Source of the DNA: Macrostomum lignano | Lineage: Eukaryota | Length of the DNA stretch: 64,000 bases | Direction: 5' to 3' | Assembly (NCBI GenBank): GCA_002269645.1 | Contig: NIVC01001574.1 | Coordinates: 124,001-188,000, forward strand | Part shown: positions 47,661 through 59,151 of the stretch, piece by piece | Position numbering within the stretch: position 1 is the stretch's first letter | How the letters are laid out: each line of letters starts with the position of its first letter | The notes under the pieces: generated by a model | Databases searched by the model: none | The model's input: the letters and a program-made list of their open reading frames with translations, nothing else | Told to the model about the DNA's origin: nothing | Made by a program: the position numbers and the translations under genes

Positions 47661-48998
47661 GCTTAATGAATTTTGATGGAGTCTCATTGTACCCATCAGC
47701 CATGTCTGATAAAGATAGTGAATACCCAAGAGCAAAAACCGCCAGAGTTTTTGATATAAGCGAGGAAAAATATTTTTTGACACAATTTAATTCACAAAGC
47801 TTTAGACCAAAAACAGCGATTTTAAAGATTATGTACGAGAATCCTAAGACTGTATTTCTCCAACATCTGCCATCTAAAGACAAAGAAAAATTTTATAATC
47901 CAGAAACAAAAGCAAATGAAACAAAAACATTGAATAGGTTTAGAAACGGAAAGGTAATCGACACCCTATGTTCGGTAGACATACAAGAAATTGTAAGAAT
48001 GGGTGGAAAAATATTAAAGATATATAGTGGAATTGTATATGAGAAAAATTACGATTTCTCTCCTTTTCAGAATTATATTACAAACCTTTTTGAAATGAGA
48101 AAAGTATTTAAAAAAGAAAATAACGAGGCGGGATCTGAATTGGTAAAAACATTACTAAATTCATTATATGGTAAAACAGTTCAAAGAGACATTACTTTCA
48201 CAACACATCTCTGGAATTTACAAACATAAAAAAAGAATACGACGACACAATTAAGTCGTATGAGAAAATATGTGACGACTTATATTATGTAGAAAAAAAA
48301 GAAAGACACACAAGAATATGTTGAAGAAGACGATAATCCTACAACAGGTCTTTGTCCGGCACAACTAGGCATATATTTATTTTAGCTCATTCAAGAAGGA
48401 CCATGAATAATTTTATCACATCAATCGACGGATCAAAGACTCCAGAAATTTATTAAGGAGATACCGATTCGTTATATATACATAAAAAACACTGGGATAC
48501 ATTAAATAAAAATGGACACGTCGGAAATAATTTAAGTCAAGGAAAAACCGATTATGGAGAGGGTGGAATTATATTCGGATATTTTATCGCTCCTAAAATT
48601 AAATATTGTCTTTTGTTGAAAGACGATTTTGTAATGGAAGAGAAAAAACATTTAAAGGGTGTGCAAACGATAGGGTTAATTTTGCATCGTTTAAAACTTT
48701 ATATGATGGTCAATCAATAAAAGTAGATAATAATGCACCTTGGAAACGATCGTTTGAGGGTGGTATAACAATTGGTCAAGGTGTCATATCAAAAACATAT
48801 ACACCATCAATTAACACATATAAAAGAGAAAAACCGGATAAAAACGGAGTTATGAAACCATTCTTTGAAAAACTATTTTGATGACAAACCAGAACACGAA
48901 CACACAATAGAATATTATAACAGTTTACTTTTTGATGTTGATTATAATTGTTTTGAGTTTGATATTGATGAACTAGCACTTATAAAAAATTAAAAAAA

Positions 48999-51201
48999 CT
49001 AAAGCATGTAATTCTTTAAGTAATATATGCATTTCCATTTCGTATTTTTTTTAAAACACCAATTGTCCTCACAGTCAGATGGAAAACTCAAACATTCTTT
49101 TACTTCTTTTCTAAGTATTTTTATTCGTCTAACAAGACGGTCGATTTTATTTTCAATAACCGTTTCAGCATAAGCAATTGCAGATCTAATAAAACGCTTT
49201 CTTTTATCCAACTCATATCGAACAGGAAACATATCGTCACCATAATCACTATATTTCTGATCGATAATAATATTTATTTTTTTATTAATATCATTCATTT
49301 CTTTGTTGTAAGCACAGAGAGAGATTTTTAGAGTCGCCCTTTTCTTATAAAAATTTAAACTTACTCGGAGTCATCCTCCCAAACAGAAGCTAATCTTACA
49401 GTCCTGTCGACCTTTTTAATTTTTTAATTTCTTAGTTTAAATTGCAAACCACTATCCAGACTGTATTTCATAATAAAATTTTTCGGTTTGTTAATAACTA
49501 ATACTGGAAAATTTTTAACATCATTGTCGCTTAGACATAAAACCCTATCCCTATCCAATTGTAAAAATATTGATTGAATTCCAATAAATTTAACCTGTCT
49601 CAAACAAATTATATCATACTCCTTTGGCTCCAACATATTGGGTGTGAGAAAATTAATCACATTAGAATCGGTTTTGAACCAACTTTCCATTTTTAATATA
49701 AAAAAATAATCATAAAAATGAAAGACATTTACGAATGTAAAAAAATGTAATGTGACTATGGCAAGAGGTCAAACAGCAAATGGGGATATATATCACATGT
49801 GTTATTCATGCTCTAAGATATATCAATTTGAAAAAAAACAAAAAAGATTGAAAACTCATATTACTATTTGAAAACTCAATTATAAAAAATCTTACACGAG
49901 ATATATCTCATCCAATTTTAATCCCCGGAAATAATGTTTATTTATATAAGAAATTTTTTCATTTAAATAAAGGTACCTAAGTTCGAAAGACGCTGAAAGG
50001 ATTTTACTTTTAGTTGGATATTATTTCAATTTTCTTATGCGAGAGAATACAAAGTTTATAAGAATAGGTAACATACCTAATGAAATTTTATTAAAAAAGT
50101 CGTTGGAATTTTTATGTATTGATAAAAAATTTAAACCTATAATTACAAGAGAATTGCCACTTTGGGAAGAATATATAACTCACACATTTAAAAAACTACA
50201 CGACATCGTTCCTCCGGAACGCGGACTCCGTCCGATGAAGTTCCACAGTACTACCTGACCGCGGGCTTTGTACCCCAGTACCTTAGGTATAACCTCAGGT
50301 TGGTATTCTAAAGTTTCTATAGGCGGAGGATTCAGTTTGTCGCCCCGAAAGCTCGCACTCATAGGTCTGTCAAGTCTTAATTCTTTCAACTCCATATCAG
50401 TAAAAGTTTCAACATCTAAAATTCGATTTCTATATTTAAGATATTTATCATATAACTCAACCGCGGTTGTTAACTCATGCATTGTAATCTCTCCATCATC
50501 TAATATTTTTTGCACATATAAATGTAAATGATTTTTGTATTGTTTAGCAACATCTCTTAGTGACTTATATTTATCCTTTCTTTTTTAAGATATAATTTAA
50601 CTGCCAAAAGAATTGATAAGTTTCTTATTAATTCAAAACCTGATATTGAACCAATTAAAATACCTAAAAACATTTGAGATAAATTAAGGGTTGGAACCGA
50701 TTGTAAAATACCCAAAACTATTACACATAACATCGATAAACTTCCAAAATCAATATTGAAAAAATCCATATTTCTGATATGGTTTGAAAGTCATAATCAT
50801 AATTTATTCTATCCACATTACTTAACATGCGTCATTTACGTTGGTTAAATAGGTCTCGCTCTTTTCTATCAGCCTCAGACACCGACATTTTCGTCTATTT
50901 TTAATAACACCAAAATGAATTCCCCGCGCTCTTTGGGAATCTGTCCGGAGCTCAATAAGTATTGGATTGGAGTTATCCTTTCTTTTTTCTCCCATTTAAA
51001 TCCAACCTACCAAAACTCTTGGAGTATAATATGATTTTTTAACAGTTTAATTAATTCTTGAAGTTTCTTATTATCCTGAACATTCACTCCACTAAATAAA
51101 ATCCTGGTATGAGATTTAAAAGTTTTTATATTTGATTCTTGTTTAGGAATTGGAATAATAACATTATTTTGTCTTATCGATGAGGTTCTACTAAAAGCCA
51201 T
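48999..51201 (-). CDS. Cluster of small Polinton hypothetical ORFs (48999-49298, 49424-49690, 50180-50515, 50557-50769, 51007-51201)
   Basis: Co-oriented, AT-rich ORFs; some start with AAAATG. No recognisable domain. Confidence 0.4.
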
Positions 51202-51242
51202 TTTATATATAAATATTTAGATCGTTCCGAAGGAACGCAGCC

Positions 51243-53118
51243 TTAGCTGATCGCAACAGGCGGTTTTTCTAAATAAGCCGTAGAAGGAAAATTATAACCA
51301 AATGATGTACTACCACACACAACCGCACCACGAATAAAATGTGCAGCATCTGCTCCTCTGGTTCGAGCACCAAAACCCATAAGAGTTCCAGATTTATCTA
51401 AAGTTCCCCAAGTTCCACTATCATAAGTAAAAACATTTTGCCCAATTATTGTATAAGAATCAGTTGAAACATTGTATGAACTTAATTGATACCAAACCCT
51501 TTGATTAAGAATATTGATTTCAAATAGATGCCAATCACCATTCTCAATGTTGGCATAGGTTACTGTTTGATCTGCATCATTAAGAACATCGTTACGAACC
51601 GTAGATCCGTCTGATTTTTTATTACTCCAAACCAAACCAAATCGATCATTCGACTCACTCGCAAATGCTATCAAACCAGCGTCAGTTGTTAATCCAGATC
51701 CAAATTCGCTTGTTGGACGTTGGTGGCAGTATGCATAAAACAAACAGCGTCCGCACCACTTCCTGTAGCATTAGCAACTCGGAAAAAGAAAGACGCAGAT
51801 ATATTTTGAAAATGTGTGAAATTGAATTGTAAAGCACCACTTACACCTGCGGTGTCACGAGTAATCCTTGCTCCATTTTGATAATCAATATAAGAAGCGT
51901 CACTAATTAAAGACCCAACTGGATATATATCGCCAGCGGTTGCTGGATTTTGATATCCAGTCCAATTGCATATTACTGGCTCGAATAATGCAGCATCAAT
52001 CGCGGGAATGTTATCTAATTTATTTTTATCACCAGCAGACATTCTACCATTTGAAGTTGGTGTTGCCAGTTGGTCTACGTATGCCCGCGGGGTTGCAGAA
52101 AGTATTTGATTCGGCCAATTAAGATCTTGAATTTCAACTCGGTGTTCAAATAATTGAATTAGACGAACCTCGATAGGTTGTGTAGCGGTGCCACCAGTTG
52201 GGAATAAAACGCTATAATGTTTCCAAAAATTAACTGTTAAATTAGTTAATGCTAATGAAGTTGCTTGAATTGGCGATCCCGACGTTCGTAATACAGTCCA
52301 CGCGTCTGTAGCAACATTTTTTGCGCGCACCGACCACCCAGATGGGATATCAATTGTTGGACTGCCTGTAATTCTTAATTCATTTATTCTTCTGTTATAA
52401 CCTAAAAATTCAAATTGAATTCCCATATTGGTTGTGGTTCCGGTATTTGGTGACAATTGGGTTGTTAGTGTTCCATCTGCTACCTAAAAAGCATTGTTGT
52501 TATTTCAGACGCCGTAAGAACAACATCAGGATTTGAAGTATTTGATGTAAGAGGTGTGGCAAAAATATCGGCGTCAGTTACATTAGCTCGAGCGTTGACT
52601 TGGCCTAGATGGACCGAGTCTGTGTCCTCTGTTCCAAATAATAAGTTTGTTAATTTAAAATTATTCATATTGATATTGCCATTACGACTACCAACTTGAT
52701 TATCGACATAGTTCTTATCAACTACCGAGTTATTTGTTGTAATTGCAACATTTATAATTAGATTGTTACTCATATCTAAGGTGCCGGTTGCGGTGGTTTG
52801 AACATAACGTGAATCAGAATCAGTTCGAGAATAAGAATCGGTTACATCTCTTTTCAAATTTAACCCATTATCAACTTCTGTTTTTGTATATGAATCACTA
52901 ATATCTCTTTTCAAATTTAGCGAGTTATCGATTTCTGTTTTGGTATAAGAATCTGCAACGTTTCTTTTTAAATTTAGTTTAGAATCAATTTCAGTTTTTT
53001 TATAACCTTCATCTTCATTAATATATCGGTTATCTCCGAATGTAACACTGATTCCGCCAGATCCTCCACCACCACTACTTGTTGTTCCGTTCCACGAGGG
53101 TGTTCCAGAAAATATCAT
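51243..53118 (-). pseudogene. Fibre/spike-like protein with YTKTEID..L..K repeats and a lectin-like C-terminal head (three frameshifted pieces)
   Basis: Three KTEID(S/N)xLNLKR repeats, NMNNFKLTNL shaft-like motifs, and C-terminal SASFFFRV..GSGADAVCF..WHLFEI. Confidence 0.6.
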
Positions 53119-53120
53119 TT

Positions 53121-53572
53121 TTAAGAGTCTATTTTTATAGACGTCAAAATCTGTTTAAATACTTCGGGGGTTACATTTTTAGTCTTTTCGAGTCGATATA
53201 AAAAATATAACGCCGCCTGTCCACAATAACTTTTATCAAAGGTTTGAAACTGTTCGTGATGATCTCCACATAATCGATTTTTGGTATGGTTAAATTTATC
53301 TTTTATTTCCTTCAATGGAGGTAATGCGTATGAATAAAAAAAAAATAAACAACTTTAGGTTTTGAATAAACTGCTGACCAATGTACACCATTTTCTTTTG
53401 TCGTTTCTATATTGACAATGTAATATCCATATTGCGGTAAATCTTTTATCTCATCTCGCAAAACACATCTGAATGGTTTCATTTTTAATTGCTTTGCCCA
53501 ATTTGTCAATTCAATATTGCTTGTTGTGTCTGTTCCATATCTTTGTTTAAACATATTCCAACTCATTGTCAT
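53121..53572 (-). pseudogene. Adenain-like (Ulp1/C5 family) cysteine maturation protease
   Basis: NIET..NGVHW, YFF[D]SY.LPP, QTFDKSYCG. The expected Asp falls in a T10 run (53336-53345) that causes the frameshift. Confidence 0.85.
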
Positions 53573-53757
53573 TTTATGTTACTGAAAAACTCTTGGTTTT
53601 GGTTAGTTTTGTAGCCGGGGGTTTTAGTAACTCCCGTCTGGTTTTTTCCGCTGGTAATTGTTTCAATTTTGTTAGTTCGACTTCATAGTTATCTTTTGCT
53701 TTTTGAACTTTTTCCAATTGTTTTTTTAAAACATTGTTATTACCCATTTTTACAGTG

Positions 53758-54465
53758 TTAAACCTGTTTTATACGTAAAATTACTGTTATTGATTGCCCA
53801 CCAAAACTTATTAACCTATCACTTTCATCTACGATCCTAATATAAATTGATTGAATATTATATTGATTTAAAGGATAATATATTGGGGTTTGGGGTGCAA
53901 CAATCATTTTCTCTCCAATTGGAATAGCAAGAAAGGGGATTGAATAAATGATTCCACGCTGAACCAAAAATCCGTTATCGTCTGTTATATAACCACCGTT
54001 TGAAACATCGGTTGTTATATTAATTGTATTTACTCCTCCCTCAATATTTCCCACGGTGTCGCCGGTGCTTGATGTGGTAACGATTCGGGAATTAAATCCT
54101 AAAATGGTTCTAAGTGAATTTGCAATTGTGAAATCAACTTGATATCCGCTGCCTAGTGATAGTGTGAATCTGCCTGATGGTAAATCAACCCCTATAACAA
54201 TCGCGCCCGCTACCCAATCACCATTAGCCGTTAATTCTCCTTCTATATATGCATTCAAATCAGTATAGCTATAAGCACCTGGATTAACACTAAATGTTGT
54301 TTAATTTGCTCCAGAATGTTTAGAATATCTAAACTGATTATTTGTTGAATTAATTAATTGAGCCATATTAAAAACCGAAAATAATATTAAGCCAACTTGA
54401 TAACTTAGGTTTTGATCGAGTTGTAACGGATCACGCAATTGAATCCTTTGCTCGCTGTTTGTCAT
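53758..54465 (-). pseudogene. Minor capsid (penton, single jelly-roll) protein
   Basis: PGAYSYTDLNAYI, ILGF, INITTDV, IYSIP..IVAP.TPIYYP. In-frame TAA at 54301-54303. Confidence 0.8.
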
Positions 54466-54660
54466 TATAATTGTAAGGTTGTGCTAAATTTCGAACTTGT
54501 TCTATCAATCAATTGTTTTATAGTATCCAGTTCTTTAACCATTTTTATAGTGGGAAAGGTGCTATTCCTCGTCCTCGTGATTATTTTCATTTATCAAATC
54601 TTTTAAGACGCGGTGTTTCCTTTCTAACCTAGGATTAATATATAGTGTTTGTATTGACTA

Positions 54661-55323
54661 TCATCCCAAATTTTTACACATGCTTTTGAATGGTTTTGGA
54701 TCTAAACCTGGGTTAAATCTCGCGCGTTTGTTGTGTAAATCGTAGTTATCTAAATCAAACATTACACAACAACTTGCATTCTTTTTTATAATTGCTTCTA
54801 ACTCTCTAAAGGACTGAGTTAGATAAAAAGCACCAATTCCATCTCCTCTACCACTAACAAAAATTTCCTTTTGCAATTCTTGATCGCCGTCATTAATACA
54901 ATCGTCAAAAATAATTAGTGTTTTATCATGCTTTGGAATTTGATCATGTGTTAATCGGGTTGATACTGTGACAGTTGGAGATTTGATGTCTATGTTATCT
55001 GGTTTTTCGGCGGTTGTTTTACGTAACTCCTCAATGTCATTAAGTGTGAATTTCGGTTCATCGTCGTCCTCGTATTGCTCATATGCTCTTAACATTCTAA
55101 ACAAAACATCTTTTTTTAATTTGTTTTTTAATCCATGTTTAAGAAATTCATAATATTTTATTCTAGGTTTGTTTGTATATATTAATAAATTATTATAGTC
55201 TAACATTCCATCTGTTGTTAATAAATCGTAAACAAAGTGTGTTTTTCCTTTACCTGATCCTCCAATAACTAAACAAAGAAAAGGATCATTTGGAAATATA
55301 GGATTGTGTTTTGCTTTTACCAT
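54661..55323 (-). CDS. A32/FtsK-like DNA packaging ATPase
   Basis: Walker A GGSGKGKT, Walker B IIFDD, SGR, LTQS. The C-terminus may be truncated. Confidence 0.9.
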   Translation of the reverse strand: MVKAKHNPIFPNDPFLCLVIGGSGKGKTHFVYDLLTTDGMLDYNNLLIYTNKPRIKYYEFLKHGLKNKLKKDVLFRMLRAYEQYEDDDEPKFTLNDIEELRKTTAEKPDNIDIKSPTVTVSTRLTHDQIPKHDKTLIIFDDCINDGDQELQKEIFVSGRGDGIGAFYLTQSFRELEAIIKKNASCCVMFDLDNYDLHNKRARFNPGLDPKPFKSMCKNLG

Positions 55324-55408
55324 TTTTAAGGAAATAATTTAAATAATGGCGCGACGTTCGGAGAACTGCGCCGCTTACAGCGGGGGCGACGGTCGGAGAC
55401 CTGCGACA

Positions 55409-56704
55409 CTAAAGTGGCGCGTCCTGAACAATGGTTCCGTCGGCTCGTGCAATTGCAGGATATTCCTCTAGAAACAAAACATGCGCATCAACCGCCTGAT
55501 TTCCGGTTTTATTAATCTCCAACATATAATTCAAACCGATATTTGCTACATTTTCTTTCTGTGCGGTTAGATCAAAAACAACCACCGGATGAATGTTTAG
55601 AAACTCGGTGGGAGTATACTGAGGAACTGCATATGCGTCGTTTTTAACATAATCTAGATAATATTTTATAAAATCATTAACATCATTATTACCTATATTT
55701 AGATTAAGGGCTTCTTTAACCGGATAATATTGATCATCAACCTGTAGGCGAATATTCTGGAGATTAAATGCGTTTATTGCAGAAGCTGCGGTATCTGTTG
55801 CCGTGGCTGCTTGGTTTGCTACAGCGCCAGATTGAATCCAATATAAATCCCTATTTGCTCGTTTGCTAATTCTGTTTGTTATTTTAAACCAAACAAGAAT
55901 ATATCTCACCCGACGTTTTGATGTTAGTATCTGCCACTGGAATGAATCCTGATTGTTATTAATTGTTCGCATAAAGTGCCGGCGATTCAAATAAAATATT
56001 TCCTGATCCTTCATTACCTGATCGTTTATATGGGTTAGAAGTGGAGCAGTTACCTCAAGTGTTGGAACAACTAATTGAATTGAAACTATACGAACTGCTA
56101 CATCGGTTGAGATTGGAGTTCCATAAAGTATCCTACCCTGATATCCGCCAGATATTTGCAACTGTACCCCAAATTTTAATCCCTTCCATACCCGATTTGG
56201 TGAGAAGAACTCAAAGAGTGGAAAGATTGAAAAGTCTTGCTCGTATGCGGTTGCATCTGTTAAAACCGCGACTGGGAATTTTTTCTGACGATCTATAAAT
56301 CCTGTGTTTATGTCTTTAGGGTTGGTTAATCTAATTACAGCCGGAACTATGTTTGTATTAAGATAATTAATTAAAGCGGGGGTATCCGCACCAGCTGCGT
56401 TTTGTACATTGGGGAAAATTACTGATTCACCATTACCCTTATCTGGCATCCATCCAACATTATCACCAACCTGTTTTGATAAATAAGTGTAATTTAAATG
56501 TTTAAGAACTCCATTAATCTCTGCAGGATTTGTAGCTGTCTCAACCTCGGCTCCGTTAATTCTTAGTTGCGCTTGGGAAAAACATTTATAAAACCAATCA
56601 TTCTCGATAACACACCCACTGCGGTCGGCGATATCGGGAGCTGTAAGTGGTGTTCCATCATTTCTTGTATATAACCATCTAACACGGAAAAATGGATTTT
56701 TCAT
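55409..56704 (-). CDS. Major capsid protein (double jelly-roll)
   Basis: 431 aa between the ATPase and the divergent ORF: FSQAQLRING..E, W.PD, RYILVWF, LQNIRLQVDDQYYP, VVFDLT. The N-terminus is not resolved. Confidence 0.8.
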   Translation of the reverse strand: MKNPFFRVRWLYTRNDGTPLTAPDIADRSGCVIENDWFYKCFSQAQLRINGAEVETATNPAEINGVLKHLNYTYLSKQVGDNVGWMPDKGNGESVIFPNVQNAAGADTPALINYLNTNIVPAVIRLTNPKDINTGFIDRQKKFPVAVLTDATAYEQDFSIFPLFEFFSPNRVWKGLKFGVQLQISGGYQGRILYGTPISTDVAVRIVSIQLVVPTLEVTAPLLTHINDQVMKDQEIFYLNRRHFMRTINNNQDSFQWQILTSKRRVRYILVWFKITNRISKRANRDLYWIQSGAVANQAATATDTAASAINAFNLQNIRLQVDDQYYPVKEALNLNIGNNDVNDFIKYYLDYVKNDAYAVPQYTPTEFLNIHPVVVFDLTAQKENVANIGLNYMLEINKTGNQAVDAHVLFLEEYPAIARADGTIVQDAPL

Positions 56705-56769
56705 ATCAAGTACAGTATTAGTTGCGCCAATATCAAATGTTACCGTTCCGGTAGTAAAATTGTTATAAA

Positions 56770-57465
56770 ATGGAAACTAAAAAGATTTGTACTAAGTGTG
56801 GTGTAGAAAAATTTTTGGTTGAGTTTAGATTTCGTAAAGATAGAATGTGTATGAGGCTAGATGTCATCAATGCTTAAAAGAAGATAAAAAAATATTATTA
56901 TAAAAATAAAGAAAAATGTAATGCTAAATCTAGAGAGTATAAAATAACTCATAGAGAAAAACTGAATAAATATCTTAAAGAATATGCGGCATCCCATAAA
57001 AACGAAAGAAAAAATTATTATCATATTAATAAAGAAAAAATAAATGAGAAGCGTAGGCTGCAGCGAGAAAATAATGAAAATGTTAAAGTTTTAGATAATT
57101 TTAGAAGAAGAATTAATTTTGAATTAACTAAAAATAATACAACAAGAGATATGTCATCTATTGTTTATTTGGGTTGCTCAATTGATTTCTTTATAGATTG
57201 GTTAAATTTCACAAAACATTATTACGTCCCAAAAGATTATAATGGCCTTTTGCATATTGATCGTTTTATACCGGCTTCTTCTTTTGATTATCATAATGAA
57301 GAACAAATTAAAAAGTCTGAGCATTGGACAAATAAAAGGTACTTAGTTGCTACAGATAATATTTCAAAAAAGGATAAACAACCATCTATAGAAGATTTCG
57401 CAAAACAATTAGTGCTAACTTGTATTTTTAAGGCCATTAAAAATGAGCAATCAACTCGTGCATGA
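56770..57465 (+). pseudogene. Zn-finger plus HNH-endonuclease-like ORF of giant-virus type (frameshifted)
   Basis: METKKICTKCGVEK..F...CHQC, then a K/E/Y-rich helix, then YLGCSIDFFIDWL, HIDRFIPASSF, HWTNKRYL.ATDN.SK. Confidence 0.6.
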
Positions 57466-59055
57466 AGGTGGGTTGTTAGATGTTCAAAAAGGATTAACAA
57501 GCTTGCCGAGTGTTTTTACAAGTGGGAAGTATACGAATGAACTACATATTCCAGGCTATTCATTTACAGGTTACTCGTGGCCTAAGTGAGGAAGTCAATG
57601 TCCTTGCTAGTCACTGTTTTAGTGGCGACACCTTCAAATTGCTTGAAACCCGTCATACAGCTTCAAGTACCACTTCAATTGAGAAATCTTTTGAAGGAAC
57701 AGAGGTAACTCCTCTTCCCAATCGGACTTTGTCCGCGAACCTATGGTTCGAAGGTAACAAGCTTGAAGACAAGGTGGCAATGCGCAGCCAAGCTCCTAAG
57801 TATTTAATATAAGGAGAGATATAAGGTTCAGAGAGCAGACGGAGGTGGGCGGTAATCATCACCGCTTAAGGTGTGCTCCAGCCTCTTTCGAAAGATTGAG
57901 GGTAAACTACCCGGGACTCGACTCGATCTCCGATTAAATCCAGATGACACTCCAAAGCCTGATTCGATTCCCATTAATGGTATAGATTGGTTAGCATATT
58001 ATCATGACTTAGCATACAGAGATGCCGACAAGAACTCACCCGAGGAAGCATTAAGATTAAAGCATGAAGCTGATAGAAAAATGATTGAAGGGTTGGATAA
58101 TCTACAGGGGTTATCAGTAAGCCAAAGATTAACTTGGTGGATGGTTAAAAAGATTCTGCAGTCTAAAGTTAAATTTGGTTTAGGAATTAATTACAACCAA
58201 CATGGAAATAATTGTGTTGAGTGTTTGTTATTAAGTGGTGGTGGGTTAAGTTCTGATGAGGCAAAAATTCTTCACAAAGAATACCGAAAGCCCAAATTTT
58301 ATAGAAAAATCATGAACTTCAAAAAGAATGAAATTTGGTATGCTGATTTAATGGCTATGCCGGCCGAAAGGGGATATAAATATATTTTAACTATATTAGA
58401 TGGTTTTACTCGGTATGCGTGGGCAGTTCCTTTGAAATCCAAAAAAAGGAGATGAGATTGCAAGTGCTTTTAGGAATCTTGGAGAAAAAAGCGAAAGGTT
58501 GTGTGTTGATGAGGGAAAAGAATTTTACAATCAACATATGTATAAATTATATCATTTTGAAAAAGGAAAAGAAAGGAAAAAGGACGCAAATGGTGAGTAT
58601 AATAATAAGATTTATTCTATTTATGGCGAGAGCAAAAACGCTTTAATTGAAAGATTTAATCGAACTTTAAGTAAGAAATTATGGTTTCAGTTTAGTCTGA
58701 ATGGTAACCAAAAGTGGGTACAAATATTACCAGACGTAGTGAAAGATTATAGTAATTCATATCATTCGGCGATTGAAATGAGCCCACAACAAGCTTATAA
58801 CAATCCTGAAAAAGTTAAAGTTACTTTTGGAGAGTTTGAAAAAAAGAAAACTAAACCTTTTAAAGTTGGTGACTCTGTTTATATCTATAAATGGAAAGAT
58901 AAGTTTGAAAAGGGAAGAAAAGGATATTGGAAAATAAGTGAAAAATTTACTATCAGTAAAGTTTTAAATACAAATCCTACAACCTATATCATTGCTGATA
59001 AAGATGGTGAAGAAATATTGGGCTCATTTTATGAGAATCAGATAATATCTGCGAA
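57443..59055 (+). pseudogene. Parvoviral-type phospholipase A2 fused in frame to the Polinton DDE integrase
   Basis: MSNQ..ELHIPGYSFTG|PGTRL (split by an insert) ..PINGIDWLAYYHDLAY, continuing without a stop to LHKEYRK..IWYADL..LDGFTRYAW. Frameshift near 58445, then DEGKEF, IERFNRTL, GSFYE. Confidence 0.85.
57571..57908. mobile_element. 338-bp insertion of unknown class in the PLA2 calcium-binding loop
   Basis: Higher GC than its flanks. Removal restores TTT ACA GGA CCC GGG ACT (FTGPGT). No clear TIR or TSD. Confidence 0.7.
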
Positions 59056-59151
59056 CTACTTACTTACTTACTTACTACTGACGGGGGGCGCAGGCGCCGC
59101 GAATAGGCCGCGAGGCCCCTATCGCAACCCCAAGGTAAAAGAGCACAAGGA

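Larger units (their letters stand above)
30890..48881 (+). pseudogene. Protein-primed family B DNA polymerase, split by a solo LTR and a Gypsy element
   Basis: Exo motif YIFDFET; after removing inserts, GTVSDCLMNFDGVSLYPSAM (motif A), KTLLNSLYGK (B), GDTDS near 48455 (C) and APKIK. Several single-base frameshifts. Confidence 0.92.
29180..59055. mobile_element. Polinton/Maverick (adintovirus-like) endogenous DNA virus, interrupted by at least five insertions; termini not resolved
   Basis: AT-rich block with pPolB, retroviral-type integrase, FtsK/A32-like ATPase, adenain protease, major and minor capsid genes. The left end may extend to about 26642. The right end lies beyond the LINE at 59056+. 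Confidence 0.93.
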
